20,000 nucleotides of DNA, from IMG/VR virus record IMGVR_UViG_3300020685_000001, one strand, 5' to 3'. Each line of letters opens with the position of its first letter. The stretch's first letter is position 1. Shown here in pieces: positions 7,559-15,290 of this stretch. Made by a program: the position numbers and the translations under genes. Below the pieces are notes generated by a model. It searched no databases. It had not been told where the DNA came from and saw only the letters and a program-made list of their open reading frames with translations. The DNA comes from an uncultured virus (IMG/VR IMGVR_UViG_3300020685_000001) (Duplodnaviria; Heunggongvirae; Uroviricota; Caudoviricetes).

Positions 7559-8038
7559 TTAAGCCTGATATGTTGTTGGATTAGCGTTACCGTTTGAATC
7601 ACGAACTACATAAGTGATAACAACAGTAGCAGCACCAGTTGTCAAAGCAGAAGCTTCAGTAGCTGTGTAAGTAATTAACGCATCGGTTGTGCCAACGTTT
7701 ACAGATGTAGGAGCAAAACCAGCAGATAAAGCCTGGGTAATAGAACCAACAGAAGTAATAGTTGAGGCAGCAGCAAAATCAACACCACCAATAGTAATCT
7801 TCAAAGTAGTAGCAGCGCTAAATACTGTAGAAGTGATGATTTGAACACCAGTAACACAAGCACCTGCAGGAATAGCACCAATTGTGCCAGTCAATGCGGT
7901 ATTAATACCAGTATATGTGAAAGGAATAGTCTGTGCAACTACCGTTGCGCCTGTATTACGAACAGTACCAGCTGTAGTGCCAGTTGTGTTTTTAACAGTA
8001 CCTAATAGCCAAGGGCCTAAATGTGTAGCAAATCCCAT
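7559..8038 (-). CDS. Candidate capsid decoration/cement protein (159 aa)
   Basis: Thr/Ala/Gly-rich beta protein; first co-oriented gene after the capsid gene; GGAG SD at 8046-8049. Function inferred from position. Confidence 0.65.
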   Translation of the reverse strand: MGFATHLGPWLLGTVKNTTGTTAGTVRNTGATVVAQTIPFTYTGINTALTGTIGAIPAGACVTGVQIITSTVFSAATTLKITIGGVDFAAASTITSVGSITQALSAGFAPTSVNVGTTDALITYTATEASALTTGAATVVITYVVRDSNGNANPTTYQA

Positions 8039-8043
8039 AATAA

Positions 8044-8116
8044 ATCTCCATACGATAAGGCTTACTAGTTTGTATGGTATCTGCCGGGGCAGTCTAATAA
8101 GCCGGGTTTCCCGGTT
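8044..8116 (-). ncRNA. Structured cis-regulatory RNA leader with probable pseudoknot(s)
   Basis: 10-bp stem GGCUUAUUAG/CUAGUAAGCC (8094-8103 with 8059-8068); inner CUGC/GCAG hairpin (8081-8092); loop CCAUAC (8072-8077) complementary to GUAUGG (8048-8053), which overlaps the SD; 5' CCGGG (8110-8114) has two alternative CCCGG partners. Confidence 0.65.
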
Positions 8117-8207
8117 TCCTGTAGTTTACCCTATTTTTAATTTTTGCAACACCCTTTTTAGGTAAAATATCCAAAATCAGATAAATAATTTGGACGGGGT
8201 ATGGGCA

Positions 8208-8696
8208 ATGAAATTCACAGTGAAAAAAGTCGATATAAGAAACCCAGCAATTCAGAGTCTACTTCTCTTTCTTCAGAAAAAGATTTTGCCGGAAGACCAA
8301 CCTTACCAACCGACTCGGGGCCATTGGTGGATAGCCTACGCAGAGTGTGGGAAGCCCGTGGCTTTTGCGGGTCTGGTGCGTTCGATCAAGTGGACCGATA
8401 CAGGGTACTTATGCAGGGCTGGTGTAATGGGTGGCTTTACTGGTCATGGACTTCAATTGCGTTTAATTAAAGCTAGACTATCCCAAGCAAAACGACTTGG
8501 TTGGAACTGGTGTATCACAGATACAACAAATAACCCCGCATCAAGCAACTCTTTGATTAATGCTGGCTTTAAGATATATACTCCTGCAAATAAGTGGTCT
8601 TTCAGAAACGCAATATATTGGAAATATAAGGTAAATGCTGATGCCGTACAAAGACGAGAGCGTAAGAAAAGCGTATCATCAACAACGCAGCCGTGA
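8208..8696 (+). CDS. GNAT-family N-acetyltransferase (162 aa)
   Basis: Acetyl-CoA motif A-like YLCRAGV....TGHGLQLRLI and motif B-like NPASSNSLINAGF; ATG 8208 preferred over the TTG at 8190. Confidence 0.85.
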   Translation: MKFTVKKVDIRNPAIQSLLLFLQKKILPEDQPYQPTRGHWWIAYAECGKPVAFAGLVRSIKWTDTGYLCRAGVMGGFTGHGLQLRLIKARLSQAKRLGWNWCITDTTNNPASSNSLINAGFKIYTPANKWSFRNAIYWKYKVNADAVQRRERKKSVSSTTQP

Positions 8697-8994
8697 ATAT
8701 TATTTAGCTAATAAAGAAAAAGTAATAGCCGTAAGCAAAGCTAGTAGAGCTATAGGAAAAGCAAAATGGGTAGATTTTAAAACTTCCCTTAAGTGCACGC
8801 AGTGTGGGTTTTCCCATATTGCAGCCCTAGATTTCCACCACACAAACCCAAACGAAAAAGAAAACCTAGTCAGTAAACTAGTCAGCAGTGGTTGTTACGC
8901 TGCTGCAATGGAAGAGGTTAAAAAGTGCGTAGTCTTATGCGCTAACTGCCATAGGGTACATCACTACGAAGAAACAAAAAACCCCGCCTTGTGA
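8641..8994 (+). CDS. HNH endonuclease with Zn-binding cysteines (117 aa)
   Basis: CTQCG...LDFHH...EEVKKCVVLCANCHRVHH; N-terminal MPYKD...REYY..NKEK basic helix typical of phage HNH proteins. Confidence 0.9.
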   Translation: MPYKDESVRKAYHQQRSREYYLANKEKVIAVSKASRAIGKAKWVDFKTSLKCTQCGFSHIAALDFHHTNPNEKENLVSKLVSSGCYAAAMEEVKKCVVLCANCHRVHHYEETKNPAL

Positions 8995-9002
8995 GCGGGG
9001 TT
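8976..9002 (-). terminator. Intrinsic terminator of the major capsid transcript (possibly bidirectional)
   Basis: AACCCCGC/GCGGGGTT stem with a 7-nt loop and a U-run on the minus strand; about 20 nt after the capsid stop and overlapping the HNH stop. Confidence 0.85.
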
Positions 9003-9023
9003 CTCATTGACTCTAGTTCTATT

Positions 9024-9941
9024 TTAGTTAGAACCGGAAGAGCCCCAGACACCGAGTGGGTCTGACCAACCGAAGCTGTAACGCTCACGGGATTTGTAAC
9101 GTACGTTACCTGTGTCGAAGTCACCGTCCATAGAATTCTGGAGTGGTGTACGCTCGAAGTGCTTCAAACCGTTTGGAACGTCGGTAGTTAAGAACCAGCC
9201 GTTTGTGTCGGTCAAGAAGTGGTTAACTGTGTAACCTTCAGGAATTGTACCGTTGTTGTTGATAGCGCTAATATCGTTATCAGTTGTACCAACACGCAAT
9301 TTAGTTTCGAGCAAACGAGTTGCAACGAACATCAAAGCAGGTGGAACTACCAATTTACGTGGTTTAGCAGCGATCAAAAGACCACGCTCGTCAGTCCAAG
9401 CAGCAATTTGAATAACAGCAGCTTCCAAAGAAGTTTCATTCAAGTCGACAGGTACAGCAGCAGTGTTGCTGTTTGTGCCGCCAGAAACCAATGGGTGAGC
9501 AGTGTTGAACAAAGATACGCCGTCGCCGCCGTTGTACGAACCAGAGGTGTTGAAACCATTATTCAATACAGATGCAGCTTTAACTTGCTTGGTGTAAGCC
9601 ATAGCACGAGCCAATGCTTTAGTGTAACGAGCAGACAAGCTGTCGTACAAGTTATCTTCAATCGCTTCTTCAGTGATTGAGAAACCTAAAGCGATGGTTT
9701 CGTGTGAGTAGCGTGTGGACCATGCTTCTTGTGCATTATCGTAAGAGATAGCGCCGCCCTCGTTTTTAACAGGGGCTGCAGAGAAACCGGACAACTTGGT
9801 TTCTTCTTCGAAAGAACGCTCAGAAGATTCAGTTTCGTAAATCTCTTTGTGCTCTTCGCCGTAGCGTGCGTATTCTAATCCGAACAATGCATTCAGACCT
9901 GGGAGTAACTCTTTAAGGAGTTGTGAACGTGAAATAGCCAT
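9024..9941 (-). CDS. Major capsid protein (305 aa)
   Basis: MAISRSQLLKELLPGLNALFGLEY...SERSFEEE..LSGF...K.EG..I.YD...DGDFDTGNVRYKSRERYSFGWSDP signature; strong AAGGAG SD (9949-9954); followed by a terminator. Confidence 0.95.
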   Translation of the reverse strand: MAISRSQLLKELLPGLNALFGLEYARYGEEHKEIYETESSERSFEEETKLSGFSAAPVKNEGGAISYDNAQEAWSTRYSHETIALGFSITEEAIEDNLYDSLSARYTKALARAMAYTKQVKAASVLNNGFNTSGSYNGGDGVSLFNTAHPLVSGGTNSNTAAVPVDLNETSLEAAVIQIAAWTDERGLLIAAKPRKLVVPPALMFVATRLLETKLRVGTTDNDISAINNNGTIPEGYTVNHFLTDTNGWFLTTDVPNGLKHFERTPLQNSMDGDFDTGNVRYKSRERYSFGWSDPLGVWGSSGSN

Positions 9942-9956
9942 TATTTAGCTCCTTAA

Positions 9957-10637
9957 TTAGTTAGCTGTACCAGCAGCTTGATAATAAGAATGCGCACCAA
10001 AGTTGATCTTAACGATCAAATCTGTGTATGCATCGCCTGGGTTCGATGGGAAGTTACCACCGAATGTTGAGCTGGAGTTAACCAAGTCAACGATTTTTAC
10101 TGCTGCTGTATTAGCATTGCTTACAGTCAAAGCGCCACTAGATAATGTACCAGTTACGTTAATTACAGAGTTACCTGTAGTTGTAGAACCAGTTGTAGAA
10201 CCTGTGCCGCCTGTGAAGTTACCCAATGCTGCTGTCTTACCAATAGAACCGTAACCTACGGAACCAGCGGCTTGAACTTGATACAACTGATCTGGGTCTT
10301 CAACTACACGAATGAAAATGTTTGTGTAGCCTGCTGTTACAGCGTTAGCTGGCAAGTATTGCGCATACAAAGGATAGCCGAGTTGTTGGCCAGCCAATTG
10401 ATAACGAACACCTACGCAAACACCAACCAAACCAACTTGTGTACCAACTACTGGAGTAGCTGTAACGACTGTAGGTTGGCCAGCAGCAGATGCGCCTAAT
10501 TGCACCAAGTCACCATTAAAAATAGGTGCGGTGTTATTTGTGGTCAATAAATACTCACGGATTGTGCCGCCAGTAAAGGATTGACCGCCAATCAAACTGA
10601 TTGGTTTAAGCCCGTATGGGGCCGATACTGTGCTCAT
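9957..10637 (-). CDS. Head-associated (minor capsid/cement-like) protein (226 aa)
   Basis: APYGLKPI...IFNGDLV...GVCVG..Y...V.EDPD..Y.VQA motif; directly upstream of the capsid gene with an AAGGAG SD. Confidence 0.75.
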   Translation of the reverse strand: MSTVSAPYGLKPISLIGGQSFTGGTIREYLLTTNNTAPIFNGDLVQLGASAAGQPTVVTATPVVGTQVGLVGVCVGVRYQLAGQQLGYPLYAQYLPANAVTAGYTNIFIRVVEDPDQLYQVQAAGSVGYGSIGKTAALGNFTGGTGSTTGSTTTGNSVINVTGTLSSGALTVSNANTAAVKIVDLVNSSSTFGGNFPSNPGDAYTDLIVKINFGAHSYYQAAGTAN

Positions 10638-10664
10638 AAAAAGCTCCTTAAATTAAATTAAAAA

Positions 10665-11111
10665 TTAACTTCCTTTTCCAAAAGTAACTTTAGTAGACCG
10701 CTCTTTAAACATCGGCATACGTGGGTCATTCTGGGCCATGAAGTTATTGTCTACGGACTCCATTTGAGAATTATTTAACTTGCTGTAATAAGCAGCACGT
10801 TGTTCCATAAACTCTTTTGGAGCACGACATAAAACTAAACCACCAATTTCAATTGAGCCTTTAAACTGTCCATCAACGGAAGCATGGCTCATAAGTTCAG
10901 GATAATCCTCAGCCTTAACAGGCTCAAAACCTTCCCTACGCTTAGCTGAGACATTCATGGGATCAGCAGAGCCCATAGTAGAAGTTCTAACCCAACGATG
11001 TGCCCAGCCTTCACGAGGATCTGGCGTTGGTAACAACTGAGGCGGTGCCCAACTATCAATTGGACGTACTTCAGTTTCACGACTTTCTAATTCACGGGTT
11101 TTCTTAACCAT
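10665..11111 (-). CDS. Conserved head-region protein (148 aa)
   Basis: WAPPQLLP.P...HRWVR.S..G..D..NVS...REG.EPV...GGLVLC motif seen between scaffold and capsid genes in this phage type. Confidence 0.75.
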   Translation of the reverse strand: MVKKTRELESRETEVRPIDSWAPPQLLPTPDPREGWAHRWVRTSTMGSADPMNVSAKRREGFEPVKAEDYPELMSHASVDGQFKGSIEIGGLVLCRAPKEFMEQRAAYYSKLNNSQMESVDNNFMAQNDPRMPMFKERSTKVTFGKGS

Positions 11112-12160
11112 TATCTATCTCCATTCATTTGTTCGGCAACCTTCTTGGCATAAAGATCTAGAGGCACACCTAAGCGCTTCGCAATCTGTACCTGAGTAGG
11201 CGTAAGTTGTACTTTCTTGGGGGCAACTGAGCGAGTAGCAGGAGCTACAACACTGGCAGCGGGTTTGGCACGGGTCTTAACCGGTTTTGTTTCTTGTACT
11301 TCTTCAACTTCTTGATCGTCGCTCCCGAAATAATCGGGGAATCTTTTCCGGATTGTATCACTGATTTTTGAGTAATACTCATCGGATCCAACATATTTTT
11401 CACCAAATTCTTTTGCAAGACGGTTATGGATCGTAATAGCGAGACCAGTCATTTCATCTTCTTCAGCTGTTTCACCACCGTACCAGTCGTTAGCATCTAG
11501 CCATTTTGTTAGCTTAGGATCCTGTGCTGGTGCTTCTGGTGCATACGTTGGAAGCTGGAATTCCTGTTCTTTTGGTTGAATTGGCTGCATAGTTTTAGCA
11601 CGATCAAGCTTTAGCGTTGCTTCTGCCATTGCTTGTTGTGCATCTACTAGGGCGTCGCTATCTCCGGCCTCATAAGCCTCTTTGTACGCCTTTTTAGCCA
11701 AAATAAGAGCTGCTTCGGCACCTTCTTGACCTTGCTGAATGAATACTTTACTACCTTCATGCAGGGTATTTTGGATGCGTTTGTTCTCATCAACCAAGAA
11801 TTGAGCCACTCTAAGCGCTTCTTCACGCATTTTGAGAGCTTCTTCTTTCTCACGACGGATGTCATGGTAGCCTTTGGTTAGCTTCTTAATGCGTTTTTGA
11901 ACTTTCTTGTCATAACTAAGTAGTTCATCTTCATCATCAATAGCTGCTGCATCAGCTTCCATTGGTTCACGACCACGGTCTTCTGGAGGAGTATCATCAA
12001 CAATCTCAATATCTACCTCAGGCGCCGCCTTTGCTTCTTTTTGTACTTCTTCTCTGGCTGCAATTTCGTCAGGGAACTCAAAAGTATCGCCCTCAGTACC
12101 ACCTAGAGGGATAACCTTACCGCCCTTACCAAAAGTTACAGCCCCAAATTCTTCAGACAT
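11111..12160 (-). CDS. Capsid scaffolding protein (putative, 349 aa)
   Basis: Acidic N-terminus, long coiled coil, C-terminal LT..QV.IAKRLGVPL..YAK helix-turn-helix; located between portal and capsid; GGAGG SD. Confidence 0.75.
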   Translation of the reverse strand: MSEEFGAVTFGKGGKVIPLGGTEGDTFEFPDEIAAREEVQKEAKAAPEVDIEIVDDTPPEDRGREPMEADAAAIDDEDELLSYDKKVQKRIKKLTKGYHDIRREKEEALKMREEALRVAQFLVDENKRIQNTLHEGSKVFIQQGQEGAEAALILAKKAYKEAYEAGDSDALVDAQQAMAEATLKLDRAKTMQPIQPKEQEFQLPTYAPEAPAQDPKLTKWLDANDWYGGETAEEDEMTGLAITIHNRLAKEFGEKYVGSDEYYSKISDTIRKRFPDYFGSDDQEVEEVQETKPVKTRAKPAASVVAPATRSVAPKKVQLTPTQVQIAKRLGVPLDLYAKKVAEQMNGDR

Positions 12161-12171
12161 GTAAACCTCCT

Positions 12172-12573
12172 TTATGCTCTCGTAATGCCACGAGGATCTT
12201 CTACTACGGCTTCTACGGAATCATCGTTGATAATTCTGAACTCACGGCCATGAATCTTGAGGCGTGAACCAGAACTAGGGCGAATCAACACGAAGTCACC
12301 AACTTTGCACAGCGGACCGCTGGGAAAACGCTCTTTGTCGGCATAAGCATCAGGTCCAATGTCCATAACAAAAAGCACGGGTGTTAGGACTTCTTCGTGT
12401 TGCTGTGTTACCGCTGACTTTAATAAACCGCTTTCATACTCTTCTTCAACCTGTGGAACCATACACAAGATATGGTAGCCAGCAGCTTTTGGAAGTTGTG
12501 TTGCTTTTGCTTCAGGTTTTTCAGGTAGCTTTGAGAGATTCCCCAAGGCATCGCTGATAATGATGTCACTCAT
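12172..12573 (-). CDS. groES: Co-chaperonin GroES-like protein (133 aa)
   Basis: LP...GY.IL...mobile loop (ESGLL)...V..IGPDAY.D..RFP.GP.CKVGDFVL...SG.RLKI.G.EFRIINDD.VEAVV; start re-called to ATG 12573, overlapping the upstream stop. Confidence 0.85.
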   Translation of the reverse strand: MSDIIISDALGNLSKLPEKPEAKATQLPKAAGYHILCMVPQVEEEYESGLLKSAVTQQHEEVLTPVLFVMDIGPDAYADKERFPSGPLCKVGDFVLIRPSSGSRLKIHGREFRIINDDSVEAVVEDPRGITRA

Positions 12574-12754
12574 CTTCATCCTTTGTTTTTTGCTCACGGT
12601 CTTTAATAAAATCCACAGCCAGGGCAAGACCACGGATAATCCCTGTTGTGTGTTTGTACTCATCGTACGCTTTGCAGCTGCCATCGGCAACGGATTGTGC
12701 TCTAGACTCGATCATTAGATTTAACTCTCGGACTAGGTATTCATACTCGGTCAC
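12566..12754 (-). CDS. Small conserved head-region protein (62 aa)
   Basis: G....YDEYK...GIIRGL motif; ATGA overlap with the portal stop. Confidence 0.75.
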   Translation of the reverse strand: MTEYEYLVRELNLMIESRAQSVADGSCKAYDEYKHTTGIIRGLALAVDFIKDREQKTKDEDE

Positions 12755-15279
12755 TCTTTAGTTTCCTTTTTTGGTTGTGCTGGTTGCATCTCAGCTAGTT
12801 GTTCAGTCTTCATCATCTCGTGGAGGTGTTGGCGTCCTTGAGCGTTTTTCTCATGTCTAAGCTGGGCATCTTTTTCTACTGCCTTACCTAAAATCTCGCC
12901 ACCTTTTTGGATACGTTGGGCTTTAAGTTTAGCCTGGCTCATGCCTGCCTGATTAATAGCATTACCTGCAGCAATCAAAGCCTGAGACTTGATACGCTCT
13001 TCTTCGATACGTAACTGTTCTTGCTTGAGCTGGAAGTCCTGTTGGTCTTTAGTAGCTTTACGCTGTTGCTCTTGTTGCTTGATTTGCAGCTCTTGCATTT
13101 GGATCTGGATAATCGGATCTTGTTGTTGCTGAGCATTTTGCTGGGCTTGTTGAGCTTGCTGGTTTTGCTGTAGCAATTTCTGTGCAGCTTGGGCCATCAT
13201 CGGAGCTAACTGAGCTTCCATCTCTGGAGTAAATTCAACATCTTCCTCTTCACCCCTATCATCAAGTTGCTGTGGAGGCATTGGCATACCCATCTGTTGT
13301 GCAATCTGTGCACGATACGCATAACCTAAGTGCTCATTGACGTGAGCCATCATAGCCGAGCCAATCTGCTGAGCTTGTGGGTTATTTTGTAGTAACGCTT
13401 GGATCTTAGGATCTTGCATTGCCGCCATGTGGACCTGGATATGCGCTTCATGGTCTTGGTAGCTAAACGCCTTAACCGGCTTCATCATGAGAATATTTTG
13501 ATTCTCTGTGACTGGGTCAGCAGGTTTTTGGTCTTCTGCCATTGGTACAAGTTTTTGAGCATTCTTGATACCAAGAACTTCAATCATCTGGCGGTGGAGG
13601 AGCGGGAGGTTGTAGAGTTGCGGTGCCGATTGAGCCAGTTGGAGCACAGCTTGATACTGTACGATTTTCTGCGCCATCGTGCTCGCATTAGGGTCGCTAA
13701 CCGGTAAAACCTCAACATCATCGTAATCCGATTTTTTAGCTGCTGGAGTACCATCTTCAGGTTCATATTCATAATCCTCATCTGTGTAGTCCGCAATAAT
13801 TACTTTGAGGAGGTTGAACTCCTGCTTCATTGAGTAATGCAAACGGGCTTGGATAGCCGACATTACCTTGAGGGTGCGCTCCAAAATAGCCAAAGTAGTT
13901 CCAACAGGTGCATTACCACCCATATCAGATACCTGGAGATCTCCGGCGGAAACAAATGCACGACCTTCTTGAACTATTTGATTGAATAACGCCATCAAAG
14001 TTTGGCTAGGCTCCTTATACGGCAGGAGCATAATGTTGTCTTTAATGACACCTGATGGTACGTCTACATCTCGGAATTCTCCTGGGCTGATTGGGGTGTC
14101 GTCTCCCTTAACCCGTAAGCCTCGTGCTTTGAGACCGCCCGGTAAATTGCTGAGGGTCCCTGCGTCGACGAGCTGGCGAATAATAGTAGTAGCGGAACGA
14201 GCATAACCGCCAATGAGGTGAATGAGTCCATATCCATAAAATCCAAATCCCGGTACGTATTGATAGTGCACGAAATGTGTACGTTTCAATTTAAGGTTAT
14301 CACCCTCATACCAGTTGCGGCGAATCGCAAGCACTCTTCCGGTGCTCTTTTCTATAGTAATGATGTAAGGTAGTGCAATTCCGTCCTCATCTTCGTGCCC
14401 GGGTAGATCATAGTCCACGTGCATCTCAATAATTCTGAAACGATTATCTGTAGTTGCAGTAAATCCTTGCTCTTCTGCTTTGCGTTTCTCGATGTCATCA
14501 AGAATGTTTGTTGGCTCGCCCAAATCAATATCACGCCAAAAGCCAGCAGCCTGAAGCTTTTTCACATCATTCTTGGTCTTGCGCATTACGTGGCTGATGC
14601 GACCAGCGTTATCTAAGTTTGATGCGCCATAAGGAACAACTAAATCTTCTGCAGGTATAAACATTGCTACTTGACGGCCAAGGGCTGGGTCAAAATACAC
14701 CTTTTTAAATGCTGAACCAGCTAAAGGCAAATTCCATAAAAGCTTTTCATGCTCTGGGCGATACTCGCTCATCTGCTCAGTCAAGCGATAATTCATATCC
14801 TCCGATACACGGTATGATGCCTCTTTCTTGCTCGTAGTCTCTTTTCCAATAATTTTTGTCTTAACGGGACCCATCGCCGGAAAGGTCTCCATAATAGCTT
14901 CGGACTGGAACTTGACCACCGCTTCAGCAAGCATTGGATGGTACACCCCGCAGGCACCCGCCCATGGTTCAGTAGTTTCCTCATACTTTAATCCCAATAG
15001 TTTTAGACCTTCGACATAGGTATCAGCCCAATCTTTACGAGCAGACACGTCTGCATCAAACAAACCAATTAATTCACTAGCAATAGACTGAAGTTCACGT
15101 TCATCCATGTCCTCAGCAAGGTTTTCATTAAACTTGTCGGAACCTGTGTCCTCTTCTTCGATACCACTCTCGGTGTCACCGATTTCATCACCTGGGCCAA
15201 GAATCTCAATCTCGAGTGCTGGCTCTTGTGTATCTGCGATCCCTGCCGGGGCTTGGTAAATGCCTTTATCTATTGCCAT
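12751..15279 (-). CDS. Portal protein with long Gln-rich C-terminal coil (842 aa)
   Basis: Directly follows the large terminase; SRKDW...Y..GL.LLG, HPMLAEAVV.FQ, LPLAGSAFKKVY.D, RQLVDAGTLSNLPGG.K motifs; size and helical tail as in P22-type portals. Confidence 0.9.
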   Translation of the reverse strand: MAIDKGIYQAPAGIADTQEPALEIEILGPGDEIGDTESGIEEEDTGSDKFNENLAEDMDERELQSIASELIGLFDADVSARKDWADTYVEGLKLLGLKYEETTEPWAGACGVYHPMLAEAVVKFQSEAIMETFPAMGPVKTKIIGKETTSKKEASYRVSEDMNYRLTEQMSEYRPEHEKLLWNLPLAGSAFKKVYFDPALGRQVAMFIPAEDLVVPYGASNLDNAGRISHVMRKTKNDVKKLQAAGFWRDIDLGEPTNILDDIEKRKAEEQGFTATTDNRFRIIEMHVDYDLPGHEDEDGIALPYIITIEKSTGRVLAIRRNWYEGDNLKLKRTHFVHYQYVPGFGFYGYGLIHLIGGYARSATTIIRQLVDAGTLSNLPGGLKARGLRVKGDDTPISPGEFRDVDVPSGVIKDNIMLLPYKEPSQTLMALFNQIVQEGRAFVSAGDLQVSDMGGNAPVGTTLAILERTLKVMSAIQARLHYSMKQEFNLLKVIIADYTDEDYEYEPEDGTPAAKKSDYDDVEVLPVSDPNASTMAQKIVQYQAVLQLAQSAPQLYNLPLLHRQMIEVLGIKNAQKLVPMAEDQKPADPVTENQNILMMKPVKAFSYQDHEAHIQVHMAAMQDPKIQALLQNNPQAQQIGSAMMAHVNEHLGYAYRAQIAQQMGMPMPPQQLDDRGEEEDVEFTPEMEAQLAPMMAQAAQKLLQQNQQAQQAQQNAQQQQDPIIQIQMQELQIKQQEQQRKATKDQQDFQLKQEQLRIEEERIKSQALIAAGNAINQAGMSQAKLKAQRIQKGGEILGKAVEKDAQLRHEKNAQGRQHLHEMMKTEQLAEMQPAQPKKETKE

Positions 15280-15290
15280 GTCGTTTGTCC

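Noticed and set aside
8044..8116. tRNA or hammerhead identity for the structured leader
   Set aside because: No T-loop or cloverleaf, and no CUGAnGA core.
7884..8470. ORFs 7884-8165 (+) and 8201-8470 (+)
   Set aside because: The first is antisense to the 159-aa gene and RNA leader; the second is an off-frame shadow of the GNAT.
8942..10499. ORFs 8942-9124, 9219-9680, 10003-10254, 10272-10499
   Set aside because: Overlap the capsid and head genes; explained by codon bias of highly expressed genes; no motifs.
12574..12690. Longer 172-aa start for the GroES-like gene
   Set aside because: The extension overlaps the 62-aa gene; ATG 12573 gives a normal coupled junction.
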